From: Candidatus Bathyarchaeota archaeon
GTDB lineage: Archaea; Thermoproteota; Bathyarchaeia; Bathyarchaeales; Bathycorpusculaceae
Assembly: GCA_963772455.1 (NCBI GenBank)
Contig: CAVYXJ010000005.1
Coordinates: 1 to 64,000 of the forward strand
DNA length: 64,000 bases
Direction of reading: 5' to 3'
Every line of letters starts with the position of its first letter. The first letter of the stretch is position 1. The notes under the pieces are model-generated. The model had not been told where the DNA came from. It was given only the letters and a program-made list of their open reading frames with translations, and did no database searches. Below, piece after piece: positions 11,103-21,619 of the stretch. The position numbers were made by a program, and so were the translations under genes.

Positions 11103-11417
11103 TCAGGGCTGTTTACCGCGGTGTCCTTCACCATACTGGAACGGTCTACCGAGGTTTTTCTCAAGCTTTTTTCTGAACACTTTATCCATGTTCATGTTTG
11201 GGCATGCTAATCGACTGGCATCCAAAATGTAAAAGATAACGTCGATGAGTTCTTCTGCGATTTTTTCTTCAGGTAAACCTTTTTTCCATGCGTCGCTGGC
11301 TTCACCTAGCTCTATGAATGCAAAAAGTAGTTTCTTTGGGATGTCCTCGGGTTTGTTGTAGAAGCCTTTGGCTATGACGAGGGCTTCGATTTCTTTTTTC
11401 ATTTCTTCCAGCTGCAA
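11103..11417 (-). CDS. MazG-like nucleotide pyrophosphohydrolase
   Basis: ELGEASDAWKK...AEELIDVIFY. Confidence 0.85.
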   Translation of the reverse strand: MQLEEMKKEIEALVIAKGFYNKPEDIPKKLLFAFIELGEASDAWKKGLPEEKIAEELIDVIFYILDASRLACPNMNMDKVFRKKLEKNLGRPFQYGEGHRGKQP

Positions 11418-11606
11418 TTACTGTTGCTTCCTGTTGCTCTCAAAAACTACAACTCTCTTATTTAAATTGTAAAGAAAGGATATCTAAAAAATGCCACTCT
11501 CCCAAGATATTATTTTAAACGATTAATGAAAATCTTTTTCCATTGATAACAAAATCTAAATATCCTCATCCGCCTTAACTTTTTTAGATTGCTAACCTAG
11601 AAAAAA

Positions 11607-11906
11607 GTGAAGAAAATGTCTGAAGAGACATATGAGGGAATCCCAAGAAACAAAATAGTTTGGCATCCAATCATAAACTACGAAAAATGTACTAGTTGCG
11701 GAAAATGCGTAGACTTCTGCCATGTAAAATCTTTCGGATTCGAGAAAAAAGCAGGAAAAAAGAAAACAATCGTACAAAATTTAAATGCATGCGTAGTCTT
11801 GTGCAGAGGTTGTGAAGACATCTGTCCAGCTGGAGCAATAACACACCCATCTGAAGAAAAAACTAAGCAATCAATTCAAAAACTCCAAGAAGCAGCATTA
11901 ACTTAG
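11607..11906 (+). CDS. 2[4Fe-4S] ferredoxin-family protein
   Basis: CTSCGKCVDFC and CVVLCRGCEDICP. Confidence 0.88.
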   Translation: MKKMSEETYEGIPRNKIVWHPIINYEKCTSCGKCVDFCHVKSFGFEKKAGKKKTIVQNLNACVVLCRGCEDICPAGAITHPSEEKTKQSIQKLQEAALT

Positions 11907-12223
11907 AACGGTTGCTAAACGAGAAGAAGAAATAATTTGTGCGCGTTTAGCGCAGATAAGTGCCAAAATTATGGAGCGCAAAGGTATAAATGAAACACGT
12001 CAAGATACCTTAAAACCCTCAAAGCATAAAAGCGGAAAATCCCCTTCAGCGAAGAGTCAGTTAAACAAAGAATTTATTTATTTTTAGCCTCATCAAACCT
12101 TCGCCATAGGAACTAAATAAAACCTATTTTATTTTCCGAATAGAAGTTTTAAAGTTCTATAAGTGCTGGCAGATTTATTTATCAGTAAGGGTTATTTTGA
12201 ATAACAACAATTGGAGTCTCAGA

Positions 12224-12336
12224 GCAGGGGTCGCCGAGCATGGTCAAAGGCGTAGAGCCATTTTTTAAAGTGGTGCGTATGCTTCAGGAGCCTATCCTTC
12301 AGAGGTTCGTGGGTTCAAATCCCACCCCCTGCACCA
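12224..12336 (+). tRNA. tRNA-Leu(CAG) with 25-nt intron at 12256-12280 (position 29/30) and encoded CCA
   Basis: Acceptor GCAGGGG/CCCCTGC-ACCA; D arm GCCGAGCATGGTCAAAGGC; intron removal gives TAGGC-TTCAGGA-GCCTA; long variable arm; T arm GTGGG-TTCAAAT-CCCAC. Confidence 0.95.
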
Positions 12337-12576
12337 ACATTAACATAAAACAATCTACTTGATATGGAGTGCATTAGCGTAGAGCGGGCTTAATTTAATT
12401 TATTTTGTCTATAAATAATTTTTCGGGTCCAGGCATTCCCGAAGAGCGTTTAAATCTTACAGCAAGATTCGAAAAAGTCATAAAATTATTAAAAAGTTCC
12501 AACCCCTAATGGGCGCAGAACCATAGAGTCTTACACCATTCAGATTAGGAAACTTATTGCGACTCTAGCATCCACG

Positions 12577-12700
12577 CGCAAACACCCCACAAGTATAGCC
12601 CTTTCAAATCGCGTACTAGAGAAAATCGACAAAGAAGCCTCAAAACAGAAAATATCAAGAAGAGAATATGTAGAACTACATTTCGAAACAATTTTTACCA
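12577..12700 (+). pseudogene. Ribbon-helix-helix (CopG-like) remnant
   Basis: Translates RKHPTSIALSNRVLEKIDKEASKQKISRREYVELHF with no ATG; paralogous fragment at 17345-17545. Confidence 0.5.
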
Positions 12701-12723
12701 GAATCCAGAAAAATAAAAAAGGG

Positions 12724-13293
12724 TTAGGGTTTTTTGTTCATCCCGTGCCTTAACCACAAGATGAGCCCTATTATTGCAGGAATCCCAAAGATTACAGCTG
12801 TCGCGATAAGTAACGTAACCATTGAGCCAACAACGTAGTCTAAAGTGTAGGTTGAGATTGGCATGTTCCAGTTTCCGTCAACATAAACTTTGATTACAAA
12901 CGCAATGAAAAGTGACGGCGGTGCTGCTCCTCCTGCTCGCCTTGATCGTGAACCTTTTCCAAAGAGATTATATTCTCTCTTTTCTTCATCAGATAGTCTT
13001 TTCCACCATTGCCAACCAAGTATTGCGCCAATAACCACGGGAATTCCGATTAGAACAAGTTCCCAAAAGATAGCGTTTAGAATAAAACTCACTATATTGG
13101 CCATTGACCACATTCCTAGAATTGAGGGGACAAGATTTGTTGATTGTGCATCTTTTACGAACCAAAGAAAGACGTAAATTGCACCTGCAAATGCCAATAT
13201 AATTGCCACTAAAAATATGGCAAATATGTTCCAGTGTTTTCTGATGAATGTTTTCCAGTTCGAATTTTTTTCTACTCCAACTTCAACAGTCAT
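12724..13293 (-). CDS. Hypothetical multi-pass membrane protein
   Basis: Several TM helices; GGAGG RBS-like element before the ATG at 13293. Confidence 0.7.
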   Translation of the reverse strand: MTVEVGVEKNSNWKTFIRKHWNIFAIFLVAIILAFAGAIYVFLWFVKDAQSTNLVPSILGMWSMANIVSFILNAIFWELVLIGIPVVIGAILGWQWWKRLSDEEKREYNLFGKGSRSRRAGGAAPPSLFIAFVIKVYVDGNWNMPISTYTLDYVVGSMVTLLIATAVIFGIPAIIGLILWLRHGMNKKP

Positions 13294-13525
13294 CAAATCC
13301 CTCCAGAAGTGTGTGAATTGACGGATGATACCGTCCTGGCGCATGCTAATTCGGTTGGTCGCTGAAAAATGATGTTTGTATATTGTTCTGCTTGTTTTAT
13401 TTCAATAGATACGTTCATTTAATAATTCTCCTCTTAGCTGATAAATTCATTTAAAAGAAAAAAAGGATTTTTTCCTTTTTGCTTAGACAGTTTTAGCAAT
13501 AAAGGGGTTGCTGTTACGTTGGCGG

Positions 13526-14143
13526 TTATGTTTCCTGCGATCTAATTCTGAAGAAGGCAATTGCCAAGAGAAGCGCTGCAATCCACATCAGAAGTAGACC
13601 TAATCCGAAGAATATGACCAGCACTGCACCTATCAATAGTAGCGTTCCTGCCGTTGAGAATAGTCCTACGTTTGTTTTTGATGCAAGTTGCTTAAGCGAG
13701 CGTCTAATGAAGAAAGCTGTTATTATAGCGAATACCCAAAGTGTAGCGAATACCAATATTGCTGCTGTAATGAATGGAATAATGTCTCCAAAGCCGATGT
13801 TGTTTGTGTTTGGAATCATTCCTGAAAGAGATGTAATTGTTGTCCAGTCGCCATTCCAGCTAGGAAACACTTTCAGCAAGAAATCTGTGATGTTTGGTAA
13901 GACTACTGCAATTCCAATTACCACAGCTAAAACCACGCCAACTATGCCAGCTATTATGCCGTAGAGTGCATTGTCGTAGATTCCTCTTTCTTTGTAGACA
14001 CTGGCGAAGCCATGCAATCCAACCAAAACAAGTATGGCGCCAATTAATCCGATGAAGGGTATTTGGCTAATGTATGGAAGGAAGCTTATTACTATCAGTA
14101 TTGCGCCTATGCCGCCTATGGTTTTGCTTGTTTTAAGATTCAT
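13526..14143 (-). CDS. DUF996-like membrane protein
   Basis: KTIGGIGAIL...GLHGFASVYKERGIYDNALY...LFSTAGTLLLIGAVL. Confidence 0.8.
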   Translation of the reverse strand: MNLKTSKTIGGIGAILIVISFLPYISQIPFIGLIGAILVLVGLHGFASVYKERGIYDNALYGIIAGIVGVVLAVVIGIAVVLPNITDFLLKVFPSWNGDWTTITSLSGMIPNTNNIGFGDIIPFITAAILVFATLWVFAIITAFFIRRSLKQLASKTNVGLFSTAGTLLLIGAVLVIFFGLGLLLMWIAALLLAIAFFRIRSQET

Positions 14144-14858
14144 TTTCTTTTTCTCCTCTAAGTTTTACCATCAGTGGGGCAGCCTTGTTGAAGCCCTTGA
14201 TTGCCATCCAGAGTCCTATTGCTAGCTCCCAATAGAAGATCGGTGCTACTGCTATTCCTTGCCATATCGTGATGTTAATGCCGAATATCGTTAAAATGGC
14301 TGCAGAGAGTTGAAGCGGGAAACCTATGAGACCTCCAATTGAAATAAAGCGAGGAACCAGCTTAGATCGGTACATTAGGCTTCCCAACATCAGAGCATTT
14401 AGAGCCGGCATCAGACTGGGACCGAGCGTGAACGTCCAACCACGTACTGCGACAAGCCCCTGCCCGACAGCGACTAGAGCAGCTGAGTCAGTTCCGACAC
14501 CTCCAACAGTCTGTCGAAGAGTCACGAGCGCAAGAATACACACAACGCCGATAATGATTGTTGTGCATTCAACAAGACGCGTAATGACAAAGCCGAGTGC
14601 GAAGCTCTCGTTTTGGCGCTTGACAACCCAGAACAATGCCACGGCTGTGCCTATAGCGGCTAAAGCGTTTACCAGATCGAGAGATATGCCGCTAATAACC
14701 TGAAAGTCGGCTCCGGCGCTTATAATGTAGTTTGGGTTGTTCAACACTGGGGCGAGCAGCATGACCGCCGGGATTGAGCTGATGAAGGTGACTAGGTATA
14801 AGATGCCAGCGACTAACGACGTCTTCCTCGTCGGGTCAAATTTTCTGTTTGTGTTCAT
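14133..14858 (-). CDS. DUF4386-like membrane protein
   Basis: RKTSLVAGILYL, ALGFVITRLVE, MYRSKLVPRFI, WELAIGLWMAIKGF. Confidence 0.82.
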   Translation of the reverse strand: MNTNRKFDPTRKTSLVAGILYLVTFISSIPAVMLLAPVLNNPNYIISAGADFQVISGISLDLVNALAAIGTAVALFWVVKRQNESFALGFVITRLVECTTIIIGVVCILALVTLRQTVGGVGTDSAALVAVGQGLVAVRGWTFTLGPSLMPALNALMLGSLMYRSKLVPRFISIGGLIGFPLQLSAAILTIFGINITIWQGIAVAPIFYWELAIGLWMAIKGFNKAAPLMVKLRGEKENES

Positions 14859-15031
14859 CTATTCGTCTCCTTTTTAAAATTCATTAAAAATTTTCCTTTC
14901 ATTTGATGAATTCACCTAAAAATCTTCTCTAATTTTAAACGGGGCATCACCTTGCATTTATAGTAGTGCCGTAAGTATTCCAGCTAGCAAGCCGAAAGTT
15001 TTTTTTCCTAGAAAATTATTACTAGTTAACC

Positions 15032-15883
15032 ATGATTTTTCCGTCAAGATTCAATTACATATTCAGTAATAGGGAAATTAATTCTCTGACGGATTTGGGC
15101 CTCACTTCATCGCAAATAAAAGTTTACTTGGCTCTTCTGAATGCAGGATGCTCAACTGCAGCAATGGCTTCCAAGTTATCAGGAGTAGTACGTCAGGACA
15201 TATACCGGATACTAAACGAGCTTATTGCTAAGGGATTGGTGGCTAAAACTCTGGATATGCCCTCCAAATTTGATCCTGTCAACTTAGAAGATGGATTGGT
15301 TATTCTGTACGATCGCAAGAAAACCGAAATAATAAATATGCAAGAGAGAGTTTCCGAGTTATTGAAGAATTTCAAAGGTAAGAAAAAAAATACGAGCCTT
15401 AACAACGAGCCTCTTTTTGAAATTAAAGCTATAAATGTAGCTAGCGAACTTTCCGGAAAAGAGATAATAGATGCGGCAAAAATTAGTTTAAAGACAATCC
15501 TTCCATGGGAAATGTTTGTAAAATTATCAACTATTCACGGCAAAAAGCAAAAGAGAGCCCTTAGAAGAGGCGTAAAAATCCGAGTACTAACAGAAAAACC
15601 TGTGGGTAAGTCGCTTGAAGAGTTAGAAAAAGCGAACGCAATTGACCCTCTTTTGGAAATTAGATATGTTCCCCAAATTTCAGGTTTATTTTCTGTTGTT
15701 GATGATCAAACTGTGTTTGTTCAAACCGAAACAGAAGATAACTGCTTTGAAGGAAAGATCTTAATAGCAAACAATCCTTCACTTGTGGCAATAATCAATG
15801 ATTATTACGAAACATTGTGGGAAAAAGCGTCAGAAATACCAATAAAAAAATGGTGGAAAAGAACCTTACCTCAAAAACCGTAA
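15032..15883 (+). CDS. TrmB-family transcriptional regulator
   Basis: LTDLGLTSSQIKVYLALL...RQDIYRILNELIAKGLV; C-terminal PLD-like effector domain. Confidence 0.88.
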   Translation: MIFPSRFNYIFSNREINSLTDLGLTSSQIKVYLALLNAGCSTAAMASKLSGVVRQDIYRILNELIAKGLVAKTLDMPSKFDPVNLEDGLVILYDRKKTEIINMQERVSELLKNFKGKKKNTSLNNEPLFEIKAINVASELSGKEIIDAAKISLKTILPWEMFVKLSTIHGKKQKRALRRGVKIRVLTEKPVGKSLEELEKANAIDPLLEIRYVPQISGLFSVVDDQTVFVQTETEDNCFEGKILIANNPSLVAIINDYYETLWEKASEIPIKKWWKRTLPQKP

Positions 15884-16211
15884 CCATTTACTGATAAGTC
15901 GAGGGTCCGAACTCAAATATTGTTTACGACTGTGCAAATGAACAAGATGCCAGCCAAAATAACGGCCAGACCGCTCCATCTCAGAACGCTCTTTTCCTTT
16001 CAAAACACGGCCATTATTTTTTATAAAAACTTCACGATTATCAGTGTTCTCTGGCTTGGCAATCACAATGGAGGGACATCGGTTTAACGTCTGAGTTTTC
16101 CTTGTGGTCGGCTTCTTGGTCTCTTCTGGTTGGGAATATCAAGTATAACGCATTTTTTGAATGCAATCGGTTTCATGAGTTTCCTCAAAGATGCCTTTAA
16201 TCCGAGCTTTG

Positions 16212-17198
16212 TTAGGTGTGGTTGTTATGTTCAACAATTATTATGACTTTTCCTTTGACATATCCTTCTCCAAGGTACCGGAGCGCTTCAGCAACCTCGC
16301 TTAATGAAAACCGTCTATCAATAACCGGGACAATTTTGCGGGCTTCGCAAAGCTCCGTTATATGAACCAAATCTTCCAGACTTGGTTGAACCGCCAGAAT
16401 GCGTATTTTCTTACCCGTGGTTCTTCTAATCCATGGCCCCAGAAGCAAAATCTGGAAAAGTCGATATACAGAACCTCCAACAGCAAAATAGCTTCCATTG
16501 GGCCTTAGCGCCCGCTTGTAGGCGAAAACCGAACGATTCGCAACAACATCAAGTATCAGATCATACTGCTGCCCGTTTTTGGTGAAGTCTTCTTTGGTGT
16601 AATCAATGATGTGGTCTGCGCCAAGAGAGCGCACAAAGTTCAGCTTGCCGGTGTTATCCACTCCAGTTACCTCAGCCCCGTATAACTTGGCAAGCTGCAC
16701 TGCAAACATACCAGCACCGCCGCCAGCACCATTAATCAAAACCTTTTGCCCAAGCTGGACTTGTCCTTTATCGCGAATCCCTTGCAATGCTATCACTGCC
16801 CCTTGCGGGATGGCTGCGACTTGCTCGAATGTCAGACCGGCTGGTTTTAGCGCCAATGTTTTTTCAAGAGCGCAGGCATACTCAGCAAAACCACCCATAC
16901 GCACCGAGACGTCCCCGAAGACCTCGTCCCCTGGTTGAAATCGCGAGACGTTTCTGCCTACCATCTCAACTCTCCCGGCTATATCCGATCCGAGTATCTG
17001 GTGCCGTGGTCTTAGAAGACCCCCAAAGCGGGCATACAAAGGTGAACCTGTCAAATTCTCCCAGTCAGATCTATTAACGGATACCGCCTGAACCTTAATC
17101 AGTACTTCATTATCCTTGGGAGTTGGTCTTTCTACCTCTTTGAGCCGAAGAACATCCGGAGACCCATATTTTGAGTGTACGATCGCTTTCATTTTCAT
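16212..17198 (-). CDS. NAD(P)-dependent MDR oxidoreductase (quinone oxidoreductase-like)
   Basis: YGSPDVL, VLINGAGGGAGMFAVQLAK, PVIDRRF...KGKVII. Confidence 0.92.
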   Translation of the reverse strand: MKMKAIVHSKYGSPDVLRLKEVERPTPKDNEVLIKVQAVSVNRSDWENLTGSPLYARFGGLLRPRHQILGSDIAGRVEMVGRNVSRFQPGDEVFGDVSVRMGGFAEYACALEKTLALKPAGLTFEQVAAIPQGAVIALQGIRDKGQVQLGQKVLINGAGGGAGMFAVQLAKLYGAEVTGVDNTGKLNFVRSLGADHIIDYTKEDFTKNGQQYDLILDVVANRSVFAYKRALRPNGSYFAVGGSVYRLFQILLLGPWIRRTTGKKIRILAVQPSLEDLVHITELCEARKIVPVIDRRFSLSEVAEALRYLGEGYVKGKVIIIVEHNNHT

Positions 17199-17344
17199 AT
17201 ACGCTAATTTACCGTTAAATCATATAAAAATCCTCTTGGGTTTATGGATGCAAAATTCCATAGCCATTCTTTTTCCCATTCCATGTTAAGCTTCAAGAAC
17301 AAAATTGGTATAACCAAATGCCATCCTTGTTTCTCTGCTAAGTT

Positions 17345-17545
17345 TTGACAAGCGGCAAATACCAAGAGGCTCAGGTTACAGTGCGCAAACACCCAGTAAG
17401 CATAGCACTTTTAAACTGCATACTTCAAAAAATAGACCAAAAAGCCACAAGGCAGAAAAAGTCAAGAAGAGACTCATACCGTGTAGGGGTTAAGTCAGGT
17501 ACGACCTGTCCCTGTTTTTTAGATAATGTTGTAACGACGGCTTAA
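17345..17545 (+). pseudogene. Second RHH-like remnant
   Basis: RKHPVSIALLNCILQKIDQKATRQKKSRR aligns with the 12577 fragment. Confidence 0.45.
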
Positions 17546-17837
17546 ACGACGGTGTCAAGCTAACCCCCTGCACCATTTATAAATAAAAATAAGGAGTGTA
17601 GAGTGGCGATGTTTCTTGGTCGGTTTGATGTTTTCATATTTTTATTTCCTCTGAAGCCTCAAATCAGAAAAGATAACTTGTTTTTTAGATGCATGACAAA
17701 AATTTCCTAAATCTTCGCACAAGTAATAACAAGCTAAGCCGTCCAGTAGTTATTCCAACACCACCTTTTTGCTTCAAAAAGTTCAACATAAATTTGTTTA
17801 TTAACCTTATCTGTAAGATTTAATAGAAGATATTTTC

Positions 17838-19225
17838 ATGGTAAAACTCATGATACAGATTAGAAACAAAGACAAACTAATCGAAAATGGAGAAACCTCG
17901 CTTATCCGCAAATGTCGTGTCCTAGCTCTTCAGTGTCTTGAGCGAGCTGTGAACGCCGCCGAACCAAAGCAGTTAATAAAAATCAAAGTGAAAGTGGAAA
18001 AGAGTCTTCTCCAGGTGGAAGGCTGCACATTTGACTTGAGGAAGTTCAAGCATATTTATGTTGTAGGCGGCGGCAAAGCAGGCGGTAAAATGGCACAAGC
18101 CATAGAGGATATATTGGGTAAACATGTAACCGCAGGAATCGTAAACATTCCTTATGGCACAAAACAAAGAACATGCATCATAGAGCTTAACGAGGCTAGC
18201 CACCCAGTTCCGGACGAAGCAGGAGTAAGGGGTACTTTACGCATTATGGAATTAGCTAAACAGGCTGAGGAAAATGATTTGGTTATTTGCCTTATTTCAG
18301 GCGGCGGCTCAAGCCTCATGCCCATGCCACGAGAAGGAATCTCTCTCAAAGATAAGCAAGTAATAACAAATGCGCTTCTCAAAAGCGGCGCCGTAATAAC
18401 AGAAATCAACACTGTCCGAAAACATCTTTCAGCCTTCAAAGGCGGATGGCTAGCAAAGAAAGCCTACCCTGCAACGGTCCTAAACCTTGCTCTCTCAGAT
18501 GTCATGGGTGATTCAATGGATTCCATAGCCTCTGGCCCAACAGTTCCTGACCTTTCAACCTTCAGCGACGCCAGAAAAATTCTTGAAAAATATGATTTAT
18601 GGTTGAATGCCCCAGTTTCTATTCGCAAAATCCTTTCTGAAGGTGAAAAAGGTCTACTTGAGGAAACCCCTAAACCAGGTGATTTAGCTTTTCAAAAGGT
18701 TCACAACGTGATAATCGGTAACAACCAAACAGCTAGTCAAGCCGTCATTAACTACTTGTATTCTGAAGGACTTAGTGCGCTACTTTTGTCGGATATACTG
18801 AAGGGAGAGGCTAAGGTAGCTGGAGAAGCATTAGCAAAGGTTGCCAACGATATTCTTGTCTGCAAACCTTCTACGCCTAAACTCATAGGCATTATTGCTG
18901 GTGGAGAAACAACGGTAACTGTCAAGGGAAAGGGATTGGGCGGCAGAAATCAGGAATTAGCATTGTCCGCCGCATTAAACCTTAAGGATAGTGAGGAATG
19001 CGTTATTGCTTCTTTTAGTACCGATGGCGATGGACGGACCAACAGATGCTGCAGGAGCAATAGTAGATGGCTACACTTTAAGGCGAGCAAAGCATGTTAG
19101 GGTTGGACCCAGAAAAATATCTTGAGAATAATGATTCCTACAATTTCTTCCTAAAGCTTGGTGACCTCATCTATACGGAAATAACGGGAACCAATGTTAA
19201 TGATATAGCTGTTATTTTGCGTTGA
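17838..19225 (+). CDS. Glycerate kinase (GckA/MOFRL class), frameshifted near 19030-19090
   Basis: [37 protein letters not shown]; DGPTDAAGA and TGTNVND continue in shifted frames. Confidence 0.92.
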
Positions 19226-19429
19226 GAGCCAATTTAAAACAAGAATCTCCCCTACAGTGAATTGGAAATTGAAGCTTTAATGAATTCTTCCAGAAAAAGC
19301 TGTGCTTTGAACGAAATAATCCTACTTATTGCCTTCAGCAGTAATCTTTAAAGAGAATGATTTTTTACAGATGCAACCAATAAATTCGAAGGTATCACAG
19401 TTGAATAAAAATGCAGCTCGGCTTTATCG

Positions 19430-20638
19430 TTGGATGCCCAAGTGTATCTGCATGACATAGAAAAAGCAGATATCTTGGTGGGAATTCCATCTTACAATAA
19501 TGTGCTCACAGCAAGCTACGTTCTCTCTCAAGTAACAAAGGGATTAGATTTTTATTTTCCCAATTTGAGATCTGCAATATTTATCTCAGATGGAAACTCA
19601 AAAGACGATACATTAAGATCTGTTAAGAGGGTTTACTTGCCGTCAGGAGTGAAGTTGATTCCAGCCATCTATCTTGGATTATCTGGGAAAGGAACGGCTG
19701 TTAAGGCTATCTTGGAGGCAGCGAGCCAACTTCAGGTAAAAAGTGTAGCGCTTGTGGATTCAGATTTACGAAGCATAACTCCGGAGTGGATAAAGCTATT
19801 AATCACTCCAACAATGAATGGAACGGATTTTGTAACGCCCTTCTATGACCGTTTTAAATATGATGGAACAATTACAAATTTTTTGTGTTATCCCTTAGTA
19901 ACCAGCCTTTTCGGGAAGGACGTCAGACAACCGATAGGCGGAGATTTTGGGCTTTCCAGCAAACTTGTAGAAGACATCTTGGCTTCGCCAATGTGGGAAC
20001 TTCCAGATATCAGTCGTTTTGGTATCGATATTTTTGAAACCTGTACTGCGCTTGCAAAGGGCTACAAAGTAAATCAAGCCTTTCTGGGGGTAAAAAATCA
20101 TGATGCTAAAGACCCATCCAGCCAACTAACTTCGATGTTTCGACAAGTTATGAATACAATGTTTACATGCATAGAACAATATGAGCCAGTATGGAAGGAA
20201 ATTCACGGTGTTTCCAAAACACAGATGTTCGGTGACGCTTCATATACAGATACTTCTGAAGCAATTGAAGTTTCATTACAAGCAACTATAGAGGCTTTCA
20301 AAAGCAAATATCACCAATACATAGATATCTATAGTTTAATTTTGGAACCGGATATTCAACGCAAATTTTTTGAGCTGCATCTTATAGATAACTCCAATGT
20401 TGATTTTCCCTCAGAAATCTGGGCTAAAACAGTTTATTCTTTTGTCGCCGAATTCCATAAAACGCCAACATTTTTCAGAGAGAGATTAATAGATGCCTTA
20501 AGAGTACTTTGGATTGGAAGAGTAGCTGCCTTCTTAAAAGACACTTGGCAAAAAAGCCGTGAAGAATGTGAGGAAAAAATTGTTGAAGAAGCAAAAGTCT
20601 TCGAAAAACTAAAACCATACCTAATTAAAAAATACTAA
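19430..20638 (+). CDS. Single-step glucosylglycerate/mannosylglycerate synthase-like glycosyltransferase
   Basis: DILVGIPSYNN, GKGTAV, DSDLRSITPEW, RFKYDGTITN, VRQPIGGDFG, FGIDIF; clustered with gpgS/gpgP. Confidence 0.75.
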   Translation: MDAQVYLHDIEKADILVGIPSYNNVLTASYVLSQVTKGLDFYFPNLRSAIFISDGNSKDDTLRSVKRVYLPSGVKLIPAIYLGLSGKGTAVKAILEAASQLQVKSVALVDSDLRSITPEWIKLLITPTMNGTDFVTPFYDRFKYDGTITNFLCYPLVTSLFGKDVRQPIGGDFGLSSKLVEDILASPMWELPDISRFGIDIFETCTALAKGYKVNQAFLGVKNHDAKDPSSQLTSMFRQVMNTMFTCIEQYEPVWKEIHGVSKTQMFGDASYTDTSEAIEVSLQATIEAFKSKYHQYIDIYSLILEPDIQRKFFELHLIDNSNVDFPSEIWAKTVYSFVAEFHKTPTFFRERLIDALRVLWIGRVAAFLKDTWQKSREECEEKIVEEAKVFEKLKPYLIKKY

Positions 20639-20851
20639 TGTCGATTGATGCAGCTTTTTTTTGGGTTTTAGGCTTTGGAATAAAAGCAAAGCTTTTGGTT
20701 TCATCTTTTTTCTGAAAGGCACACGAATGTTTGAGTATTTATCTTCGTTCATTAAAGCAGGCTTTTATAAATATGCATTTTCTCTTCTAAAAAAAGGATT
20801 AACTTGTTCTTCAGAAAAAATCAACTGACAAAAAAGATTGGGGTTAAGTTT

Positions 20852-21619
20852 TTAGGGGGATAAGTTTGATACTAAGCCAATTATTTTCTTCCACTCTATA
20901 GGTATTTCTTGGGGTTTGGTAATGAAAAAAGGCATATCTACAGCTTCTAGCATTTCTAAATCATTAAATTGATTTCCAACTCCCACTGTTCTTATTTGTT
21001 TGAACTTCTTAGAAAACAGCTCTTTAAGTAATAATACTGCTTTTCCTTTGTTATGATCACCCATTATGTGGAGGTATTTTCCACCTATGGTAAAATGTAA
21101 TCCCTCTTTGCTTATAGCCTTAAAGAGTTCTGCATCATTGGATTTATTGTATCGAAACGGCTCAGTGTATTCTCTATGTTTTGCCAATTCTGCAAGCTCA
21201 ATTGTTAATCCGGTGTCTTTGGAGATTTCTTCAGTGGTCATGTCTCCAAACCCAATTATTTCTTTAGTACAAGTTTTCCTAATTCGCTCAAATTTCTTTC
21301 TAATTGAAGAATAAGCAATCCCTAATTCAACAATATCATATTGCTCTGTGTGCTTGGTCCAATATTTCCCCGACTCGAAATAACCCGATGGAGCAAAAAT
21401 GGCTGCACCGTTTTCTGAGATGAATGGGTCATCTATTCCCATCTTTGTCCTGAAATATTCAATCTCCAGCCTTGTCTTGCTACTGCAAAGTACAATTGAA
21501 ACATTCAAAGCCTTTAGCCGCTCAATTATTGGGCGTATGACCTCAAAGCTATAGTTTTCATCTAGAAGTGTTCCGTCAAGATCCGAGAAAACAACCGTTC
21601 TTACTACTTCAGTGCTCAA
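20852..21619 (-). CDS. gpgP: Glucosyl/mannosyl-3-phosphoglycerate phosphatase (HAD IIB)
   Basis: FSDLDGTLLD, CSSKT, ISENGAAI, REYTEPF, KGKAV; motif IV reads GNQFND rather than GDxxND. Confidence 0.85.
   Translation of the reverse strand: MSTEVVRTVVFSDLDGTLLDENYSFEVIRPIIERLKALNVSIVLCSSKTRLEIEYFRTKMGIDDPFISENGAAIFAPSGYFESGKYWTKHTEQYDIVELGIAYSSIRKKFERIRKTCTKEIIGFGDMTTEEISKDTGLTIELAELAKHREYTEPFRYNKSNDAELFKAISKEGLHFTIGGKYLHIMGDHNKGKAVLLLKELFSKKFKQIRTVGVGNQFNDLEMLEAVDMPFFITKPQEIPIEWKKIIGLVSNLSP

Noticed and set aside
15866-16200. Gene between trmB and the MDR gene
   Set aside because: Only short interrupted frames with no assignable motif
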